The translations under genes and the position numbers were made by a program. A model generated the notes under the pieces. The model made no database searches, was not told where the DNA came from, and was given only the letters and a program-made list of their open reading frames with translations. 37,972 nucleotides of DNA. It comes from a virus. Positions 32,754 to 37,972 of the stretch are shown one piece after another; within the stretch, counting starts at the first letter, position 1; each line of letters starts with the position of its first letter. The stretch is taken from IMG/VR virus record IMGVR_UViG_3300045988_102451, positions 1-37,972 of that record; one strand, written 5' to 3'.

Positions 32754-32832
32754 GTAATTTTAATTTGTAATCATAGAGAGTTTTTTTACCCCTTTCTTTT
32801 AACATATAGATATATATTATATATCTTTTTTT
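32754..32832 (+). ncRNA. Candidate ~80-nt small RNA (promoter to terminator, no ORF)
   Basis: Starts about 7 nt after the -10 box. Ends at the terminator agatatat (32808-32815) / atatatct (32819-32826) plus a T-run. The only ATG is followed immediately by TAA. Confidence 0.45.
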
Positions 32833-32874
32833 GTTTTTGTTTTGTAAATAAAATAATTAAAATGTAAAAAAATA

Positions 32875-32903
32875 TTGACAAATGTTTTAAAAAATGATAT
32901 TAT
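32875..32903 (+). promoter_or_regulatory. Consensus promoter of the early small-gene block
   Basis: TTGACA (32875-32880), 17-nt spacer, TGaTATTAT (32895-32903). Confidence 0.65.
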
Positions 32904-32936
32904 TAAAACGTAAAATAAAGAAAGGAGGACAAAAAA

Positions 32937-33161
32937 ATGAAATTAAAAAAAATAAAATTTGAAAACATATTTTTTATATTAATGTTAATATATGGAATTG
33001 TCGCAATTCAACATCATATTTGCAATCAATTAATTTTATTAGATATAATCGTATATTTTTTACAAGCATTATTGGTAAGATATTCAATTAAATATGTAAG
33101 ACTTAACCCTAAAGAGTTTGTAAAAGAAATAAAAGATTTGTTTAATGAAAATGGCAATTAA
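32937..33161 (+). CDS. Small membrane protein (74 aa, two TM segments)
   Basis: 'IFFILMLIYGIVAI' and 'LILLDIIVYFLQALLV'. RBS 'aaaggagga'. Confidence 0.5.
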   Translation: MKLKKIKFENIFFILMLIYGIVAIQHHICNQLILLDIIVYFLQALLVRYSIKYVRLNPKEFVKEIKDLFNENGN

Positions 33162-33178
33162 AAGGAGAATAAATATTT

Positions 33179-33610
33179 ATGATTAATCAATGCACTTTTG
33201 AAGAATTTATTGAAAGCAATACAAAAAATAAAAATATTTGCAGAAAATATAAAGAGTATCCAATTGAAATACAAAAAATAATAAAAGATATTTATATAAT
33301 ATGCAGAAGAGCAATGTTGAGCGATGTTTATATAATTTATATATTAGACACAACATTAATTAATTTTAATGAAATTAAAGAAAAATATATTTTTATGAAA
33401 AGAAAAATTGTAAATTATGATGAAATAATAAAAATTAAAAAAAATATTATTAAGAATTTAAAAAAAGAAATATTAGAATGTGAAAAACAAAGAGAAACGT
33501 TAAAATATGAAAAAAAATATTCAAAATATACGATAAAAGGTATTGCAGATTATTTAGGTGTATCAAGACAAACTATTTACAATTTAAAAAAGAGAGGTGA
33601 ATTAAAATGA
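33179..33610 (+). CDS. DNA-binding protein with a C-terminal HTH
   Basis: 'YTIKGIADYLGVSRQTIYNLKKRGELK'. Confidence 0.6.
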   Translation: MINQCTFEEFIESNTKNKNICRKYKEYPIEIQKIIKDIYIICRRAMLSDVYIIYILDTTLINFNEIKEKYIFMKRKIVNYDEIIKIKKNIIKNLKKEILECEKQRETLKYEKKYSKYTIKGIADYLGVSRQTIYNLKKRGELK

Positions 33611-33837
33611 GTATGTGGGAATATATAAGAAGAAAAAAAAGAAAAACAATAATGCAAGTGGCAAATGACACCGATATATCAAGAACAACAATATATCTTT
33701 TTGAAAAAGGAAAATGCCAAAATATAAAATTAATGTCATATTATTTAAGATTAAATGGAAGAGATATTGATAATAAAATTGCTAATATATTAGATGAAAA
33801 TTATGAAATGTTTTATAAAGAATTAAGAGGTGAATAA
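33607..33837 (+). CDS. XRE-like HTH protein (76 aa)
   Basis: 'TIMQVANDTDISRTTIYLFEKGK'. Confidence 0.6.
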   Translation: MSMWEYIRRKKRKTIMQVANDTDISRTTIYLFEKGKCQNIKLMSYYLRLNGRDIDNKIANILDENYEMFYKELRGE

Positions 33838-33838
33838 A

Positions 33839-33988
33839 ATGATTAATATGCAAGAATTAAAATCGCTTATTAAAGGAGCAACACGCAAAGATTTAGAAAG
33901 TTTAATACATGCAGGAATAAATGAAATAATACCGATGACAGATAAACAATTATTGAAAATAATTAAATTAAAAAATAATGCCGAATAA
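33839..33988 (+). CDS. Hypothetical protein (49 aa, not in the ORF track)
   Basis: ATG after an 'aagaggtga' RBS. MINMQELKSLIKGATRKDLESLIHAGINEIIPMTDKQLLKIIKLKNNAE. Confidence 0.45.
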   Translation: MINMQELKSLIKGATRKDLESLIHAGINEIIPMTDKQLLKIIKLKNNAE

Positions 33989-33997
33989 AGGAAATGC

Positions 33998-34138
33998 ATG
34001 AAAAAAGAATATTTAATACAAGAAATAACAAAATTATTAATAAAACAAGATTTTTATGATAAAAAACACAATATAGATACTTATGTGAAAAAGACTGCTT
34101 TATATAGAGATTTAATTAAATTTATAAAATTATTATAG
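33998..34138 (+). CDS. Hypothetical protein (46 aa, not in the ORF track)
   Basis: MKKEYLIQEITKLLIKQDFYDKKHNIDTYVKKTALYRDLIKFIKLL, with 'aagga' upstream. Confidence 0.4.
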   Translation: MKKEYLIQEITKLLIKQDFYDKKHNIDTYVKKTALYRDLIKFIKLL

Positions 34139-34147
34139 GAGGATTTT

Positions 34148-34318
34148 ATGGACAAAAATACATTTGAAAATATAATAAAAACGTCATATAATTTTGAAGA
34201 TAAAAAAACATGTGATATTTGTGGCGAGTTAATAAACGATTTTAACGATAACAATATATACGAAAATATGTATTGTGAAAATTGTTTTAACGAAGCACAA
34301 GAAAGTAGACTAGGATAG
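34148..34318 (+). CDS. Small zinc-ribbon-like protein (56 aa, not in the ORF track)
   Basis: 'CDICG' and 'CENC' pairs. The GGAGG RBS is at 34138-34142. Confidence 0.5.
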   Translation: MDKNTFENIIKTSYNFEDKKTCDICGELINDFNDNNIYENMYCENCFNEAQESRLG

Positions 34319-34330
34319 GATAGGAGGTGA

Positions 34331-34444
34331 ATGAAGATGGGCTGTTTTATGTTTTTAATATTTATAATTTTGCTTTTTATATTTCCACCACTTGCACTTT
34401 TATTTTTAATATTTTGCATTTTTTCAGCAATATTTAAAAAATAA
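34331..34444 (+). CDS. Very hydrophobic 37-aa peptide (not in the ORF track)
   Basis: MKMGCFMFLIFIILLFIFPPLALLFLIFCIFSAIFKK, with a 'taggaggtga' RBS. Confidence 0.4.
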   Translation: MKMGCFMFLIFIILLFIFPPLALLFLIFCIFSAIFKK

Positions 34445-34465
34445 TAAAATTGTATAAAAAAAGTA

Positions 34466-34494
34466 TTGGAAAAATATATAAAGTGTGTTATAAT
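34466..34494 (+). promoter_or_regulatory. Extended -10 promoter upstream of the recombination genes
   Basis: TTGGAA (34466-34471), 17-nt spacer, TGtTATAAT (34486-34494). Confidence 0.6.
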
Positions 34495-34516
34495 TTTAAG
34501 TGTAAGGAGGTAGAAA

Positions 34517-34642
34517 ATGAAAGACACAATTATTTTTAAAGTTAGTTATGAACTCAAAGAGCAATTGCAAAAAGAGGCAAAAGAAAGAGATATGTCGCTA
34601 AGTTCTTATATTAAGTCCATTATTGCCGAAAGGAATAAGTAA
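34517..34642 (+). CDS. Ribbon-helix-helix (Arc/CopG-like) protein, 41 aa (not in the ORF track)
   Basis: MKDTIIFKVSYELKEQLQKEAKERDMSLSSYIKSIIAERNK, with an 'aaggagg' RBS. Confidence 0.6.
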   Translation: MKDTIIFKVSYELKEQLQKEAKERDMSLSSYIKSIIAERNK

Positions 34643-34643
34643 G

Positions 34644-36059
34644 ATGACACTTGATGAAGTTAAGCAAAAATTAAAGGTATTTGATAAATATACTTTTGAA
34701 GAAGATACTCATACTTATTATTGCAATGGTAAAAAGGTAGGAATAAGTACAACTGGATTAATACATCAATATACAAATGAATTTGATAAAGATGGAATGT
34801 CAAAATTGGTTGCTAATAAACGAGGCATAAGCCAACAAGAAGTTTTAGAAGAATGGAGAATAGAAAACTTGCATAGCACTATAAAAGGCAATCATATACA
34901 CTTATACGCACAAAGTTTATGGTTAAAAGAACCTTATGATATTTATGATTTTAGTGATGTACCTGATGAAATTGATAAAACAAGGTTAAAACAAGAATTA
35001 TCAAATATGAAAATTCAAGCAGAGCAATTTTATAATGACTATTCAAAAGATTATGAATTAATAGGGTGTGAGATTTATTTAGGATGTGAAGATTTTGATG
35101 AATGTGGTGCTACTGATATATTATTGTGGCATAAAACTAAAAAGTTTGTTAAACCATTAGATTTTAAATCTAATAAGAAAATAGAATTTGAGGGTTATAG
35201 ACACCAAAAATTATTACTACCACTAGATAAATATGAAGATTGCAATTATATAACTTATTCACTGCAATTAAGTGATTATTCTTACAAAATATTCTATGAA
35301 ACAGGAATAAAGTGTAGAGAACCTGAAATTGTATATTTCGATTGTACTAAAACAAACTACGAAATAATTAAACCATTAGATTTAACTGATGAAATAATTA
35401 AAATTTTAAAATTAAGGAGGACTAATAAAATGGCTAAAATGATTTTGGTTATGGGTGAACCAGCAAGTGGTAAAACAGTATCACTTAGAAATATACCCAA
35501 AGAAGAATTATATTATATAGACTGCGATAAGAAAGGCATGAATTTTAAAGGGTGGAAAAATGAATTTAATGAAGAAAAAAAGAATTATTGCAGAACAAAC
35601 GATGGAGAAGTAGTAAAAAAATTATTACAAGGAATATCTACAAATAGGCAAGATATTCATTATATAGCAATAGATACTATTAATTCAATAATGATAGCAG
35701 ATGAAATGACTAGAATGAAAGGAAAAAACTACAACGAGTGGCAAGATTTGGCAAAATGTATATTTGAACTTATTGATATAGTACCAGATTTAAGAGATGA
35801 CATAACAGTTATATTTAATGGTCATATTCAAACTGATGATGATGGTTTTGTAAGATTACTTACAAATGGTCGCAAACTTAACAAAATAGGTTTAGAGAAA
35901 TATTTTGATACTGTATTAATTACAAAAATAATTGATGGAAAATATATGTTTGAAACACATTCAGAAAAATCAACTGCAAGAGTTCCTATGGGATTTGAAT
36001 GTGAACAATATATTGATAATGATTTATATGAAGTTATAAAAGAATTGAAAGAATTTTAA
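34644..36059 (+). CDS. Fusion ORF: PD-(D/E)XK exonuclease-like N-terminal half plus Sak4-like P-loop ATPase C-terminal half
   Basis: 'GATDILLW...PLDFKSNKK' (D...D/ExK), then 'MILVMGEPASGKT' Walker A and 'YIAIDTINS' Walker B-like. There is an internal 'aaggagg' followed by ATG at 35430. Confidence 0.8.
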   Translation: MTLDEVKQKLKVFDKYTFEEDTHTYYCNGKKVGISTTGLIHQYTNEFDKDGMSKLVANKRGISQQEVLEEWRIENLHSTIKGNHIHLYAQSLWLKEPYDIYDFSDVPDEIDKTRLKQELSNMKIQAEQFYNDYSKDYELIGCEIYLGCEDFDECGATDILLWHKTKKFVKPLDFKSNKKIEFEGYRHQKLLLPLDKYEDCNYITYSLQLSDYSYKIFYETGIKCREPEIVYFDCTKTNYEIIKPLDLTDEIIKILKLRRTNKMAKMILVMGEPASGKTVSLRNIPKEELYYIDCDKKGMNFKGWKNEFNEEKKNYCRTNDGEVVKKLLQGISTNRQDIHYIAIDTINSIMIADEMTRMKGKNYNEWQDLAKCIFELIDIVPDLRDDITVIFNGHIQTDDDGFVRLLTNGRKLNKIGLEKYFDTVLITKIIDGKYMFETHSEKSTARVPMGFECEQYIDNDLYEVIKELKEF

Positions 36060-36073
36060 AAATATGATATAAT
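36045..36073 (+). promoter_or_regulatory. Extended -10 promoter upstream of the GIY-YIG gene
   Basis: TTGAAA (36045-36050), 17-nt spacer, TGaTATAAT (36065-36073). Confidence 0.6.
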
Positions 36074-36078
36074 TATAT

Positions 36079-36127
36079 TGTCGAGTAAGTAAAGAGGATT
36101 TATATAAGCATTGGTGCTTACTCGACA
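36079..36127 (+). promoter_or_regulatory. 11-bp leader hairpin, plus a second hairpin occluding the SD of the GIY-YIG gene
   Basis: tgtcgagtaag (36079-36089) / cttactcgaca (36117-36127). Separately, cctttttgc (36151-36159) pairs with gcaaaagg (36171-36178), which overlaps the SD 'aaggaggtg'. Confidence 0.5.
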
Positions 36128-36189
36128 TAAATACCAGTGCTTGTATAAGTCCTTTTTGCTTAAATAAATGGCAAAAGGAGGTGTAAGTA

Positions 36190-36867
36190 TTGGGAAAAGG
36201 TTATACCCTTTATGTCCACGTTTGCCCCAATGATAAAAATTATGTTGGAATAACTAAAAATGCTCCAGAAAGAAGATGGGGAAATGGCAAAAATTATAAA
36301 GGTTGCATTTTGTTTAATAGAGCAATAAAAAAATATGGTTGGGATAATATAAAGCATATTATAGTATTAACCAATTTAACTAAAGAGGAAGCAGAAAATA
36401 AAGAACAAAGTTTAGTATCTTTTTTGAAAAGCAATAATCCCAATCATGGTTATAATATTGCAAACGGAGGATATATAAACAGTGTTAGCGATTTAACTAA
36501 AGAAAAACTGAGAAATGCTTCTACTGGTAAAACTCATAAAGTAAGTAATGAAATAAAAGAAATATTGAGAAAGAAAAATTTGGGAGAAAATAATCCCATG
36601 TTTGGAAAAGTTCCATGGAACAAAGGTAAAAAAATGGATAAAAGTTCATGCCAAAAAATGAGTGTTGCAAAAAAAGGGAAAAAATCTCCTAAAAGAAAAA
36701 AAGTGTTATGTGTAGAAGAAAATAAAATATATAATTCAATAGTAGAAGCAGAAACGCTAACAGGAATAAAAAATATAAGTAGATGTTGCTTAGGCAATAC
36801 TAAAAAAGCTGGTGGTTATCACTGGCAATATTATAAAGAAGAAAAGAAAGTTGAGGAAGAAAAATAA
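36190..36867 (+). CDS. GIY-YIG homing endonuclease (I-TevI-like, NUMOD3 repeats), TTG start
   Basis: 'GYTLYVHVCPNDKNYVGIT', 'RRWGNG', 'YNIANGG'; repeats 'NPMFGK' and 'PWNKGKK'; C-terminal 'AGGYHWQY'. Confidence 0.85.
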   Translation: MGKGYTLYVHVCPNDKNYVGITKNAPERRWGNGKNYKGCILFNRAIKKYGWDNIKHIIVLTNLTKEEAENKEQSLVSFLKSNNPNHGYNIANGGYINSVSDLTKEKLRNASTGKTHKVSNEIKEILRKKNLGENNPMFGKVPWNKGKKMDKSSCQKMSVAKKGKKSPKRKKVLCVEENKIYNSIVEAETLTGIKNISRCCLGNTKKAGGYHWQYYKEEKKVEEEK

Positions 36868-37463
36868 TGGAAATAATTAAAGATTTTGATAAAGTTGAGG
36901 CAAAAGGTATGGACGATTTTAGAGGTCTACCTATTGGAGCATATGAATGTGTTATTAAAGACGCAAGACTAAATCACAATGAAGAAACAGGCAAAAATAC
37001 TTTAAAAATATCAATAGATATTGCTAGTGGAGAATACAAAGATTACTTTTTAAAAGCATACGAAACCGATACAAGAATTGATAGAAAATGGAATAACAAT
37101 GCAATTCGTTATCTTGCTTATGAAGGAGATAATGTAAGTTATTTTAAAGGATTTATAACAACGATAGAAAATAGCAATGTTGGTTATACTTGGGATTGGG
37201 AAGAAACAAAATTAAAAGGTAAAAAAGTTTGTGGTGTATTCCAATATGAAGAATATGAAAAGCAAGACGGCACAAGAGGAATTAAAGTTAGATTGAGCAA
37301 ATTTAGAAGTCTTGACAAGTTAAAAAATATTGAAGTATCTGATAGTATTAAAATGCTCGATGGTTCTTATGTAAGTTACGATGATTACATGGAACGCAAA
37401 GAAGATAAATTTGCCGATTTTAAAGATTGTGTAGAAATTAATGAAAGTAATTTGCCATTTTAA
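36867..37463 (+). CDS. DUF669-like protein (ssDNA-binding partner of Sak4-type recombinases)
   Basis: 198 aa. N-terminus 'FDKVEAKG...LPIGAYECVIKDARL' and its context next to a Sak4-like ATPase. Confidence 0.65.
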   Translation: MEIIKDFDKVEAKGMDDFRGLPIGAYECVIKDARLNHNEETGKNTLKISIDIASGEYKDYFLKAYETDTRIDRKWNNNAIRYLAYEGDNVSYFKGFITTIENSNVGYTWDWEETKLKGKKVCGVFQYEEYEKQDGTRGIKVRLSKFRSLDKLKNIEVSDSIKMLDGSYVSYDDYMERKEDKFADFKDCVEINESNLPF

Positions 37464-37486
37464 AGAACTTTTAAAGTTCTTTTTTT
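37462..37486 (+). terminator. Intrinsic terminator
   Basis: 9-bp stem aaagaactt (37462-37470) / aagttcttt (37474-37482), followed by a T-run. Confidence 0.75.
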
Positions 37487-37499
37487 GTGTTTTTGGGTA

Positions 37500-37528
37500 T
37501 TGACATAGTATAAAATGGGTGCTATAAT
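37500..37528 (+). promoter_or_regulatory. Consensus promoter of the replication operon
   Basis: TTGACA (37500-37505), 17-nt spacer, TGcTATAAT (37520-37528). Confidence 0.75.
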
Positions 37529-37562
37529 TTAATTACATTAAAGATAGATAGGAGGTGTAAGA

Positions 37563-37718
37563 ATGGAACAACCAATTATAAGACTGCAAAAAAATGCAGA
37601 AAAAACAACAAATAAAATGAGAATACCACAACAAATAATTGACAAATGGGGTAATAAATTTTATATGGAAATTTACAAAGATAAAATTGTATTAATACCA
37701 ATCGAGAAAGGAGAATAA
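37563..37718 (+). CDS. AbrB/SpoVT-like DNA-binding protein (51 aa, not in the ORF track)
   Basis: 'KMRIPQQIIDKWGNKFYMEIYKDKIVLIPIEKGE' fits the swapped-hairpin AbrB/MazE pattern. RBS 'taggaggtg'. Confidence 0.6.
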   Translation: MEQPIIRLQKNAEKTTNKMRIPQQIIDKWGNKFYMEIYKDKIVLIPIEKGE

Positions 37719-37720
37719 AA

Positions 37721-37972
37721 ATGGCATATAAACGAAAAGAAAAAAAATCTTTACTACTATATTACGATTATAAAGACCAATTTGAAATGCTTACTGATGA
37801 ACAACTTAGAAATTTAATATATGCCATGATAGAATTTGACAAAAATGATACTGAAATTGAACTTGATAAAATGACAAAAATGGCTTTTGCACCAATAAAA
37901 AGAAAATTAAAAGATGATAAAAAGAAATGGATTGAAATGTGTAAAACAAATAGTGAAAATGGTAAAAAAAGC
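37721..37972 (+). CDS. Replisome organizer, 5' part (continues at nt 100 of the window through the terminal overlap)
   Basis: ATG at 37721 after an 'aaaggaga' RBS. 'YYDYKDQFEMLTDEQLRNLIYAMIEFD' is typical of phage replisome-organizer N-terminal domains. Open to the window end and in frame with 7..504. Confidence 0.65.
   Translation, partial: MAYKRKEKKSLLLYYDYKDQFEMLTDEQLRNLIYAMIEFDKNDTEIELDKMTKMAFAPIKRKLKDDKKKWIEMCKTNSENGKKS
37874..37972. repeat. Second copy of the 99-nt terminal overlap
   Basis: Identical to 1..99. Confidence 0.95.

Noticed and set aside
32634-32936. tRNA-adjacent region as an attP site with a nearby integrase
   Set aside because: No tyrosine or serine recombinase motif was recognisable in any ORF of the window. 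The region contains promoters and a terminator instead. The idea cannot be supported from sequence alone.
34081-34527. 148-aa minus-strand ORF, and by extension the other minus-strand ORFs in the track (e.g. 21174..21929, 5010..5459, 15679..15996, 8049..8306)
   Set aside because: Their products are low-complexity Phe/Ile/Leu/Ser-rich sequences of the kind produced by reading AT-rich coding sequence in antisense. They lack an RBS. They lie opposite + strand genes with clear motifs or good RBS spacing. Here four small + strand genes with GGAGG sites fill the same interval.

Overview
This AT-rich window (roughly 70% A+T by eye) looks like one complete tailed-phage genome, siphovirus-like with SPP1/A118-type head genes. 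Nt 1-99 are identical to nt 37874-37972, so the unique length is 37,873 nt and the replisome-organizer gene wraps across the window ends. All convincing genes (about 75) are on the + strand. Every minus-strand ORF in the track looks like an antisense artefact.

Gene order:
- Replisome organizer with internal iterons, DnaB-like helicase, CcrM-like (DLPY/HPTQKP) methyltransferase, ERCC4 nuclease, metallophosphoesterase.
- TerS, TerL, SPP1-type portal.
- A 4.5-kb ORFan island entered through a terminator and a consensus promoter, carrying a second (SPPY, m4C-type) methyltransferase.
- A gp7-like head morphogenesis protein with a toxin-like C-terminal extension.
- A free-standing HNH homing endonuclease followed by a structured non-coding region.
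- Scaffold, major capsid, neck proteins, major tail protein, chaperones, tape measure, Dit/Tal.
- Holin plus M23/SH3 lysin, then three fibre/RBP-like genes, two small membrane proteins and a sigma-region-4-like regulator.
- A nine-gene cassette with its own promoter, encoding low-complexity, Cys-rich and beta-rich ORFans plus a Cys-His peptidase, ending in a tRNA-Cys. This is my best candidate for an undescribed system.
- A candidate small RNA, then small early HTH/RHH genes.
- A fused PD-(D/E)XK nuclease/Sak4-like ATPase, a GIY-YIG endonuclease, a DUF669-like protein and an AbrB-like protein.

I saw no integrase, repressor/Cro pair, reverse transcriptase, CRISPR array or rRNA. The host is probably a low-GC Firmicute (Clostridium-like), which is inference from composition and gene families only. 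All family assignments come from motifs read by eye and need profile or structure searches to confirm.
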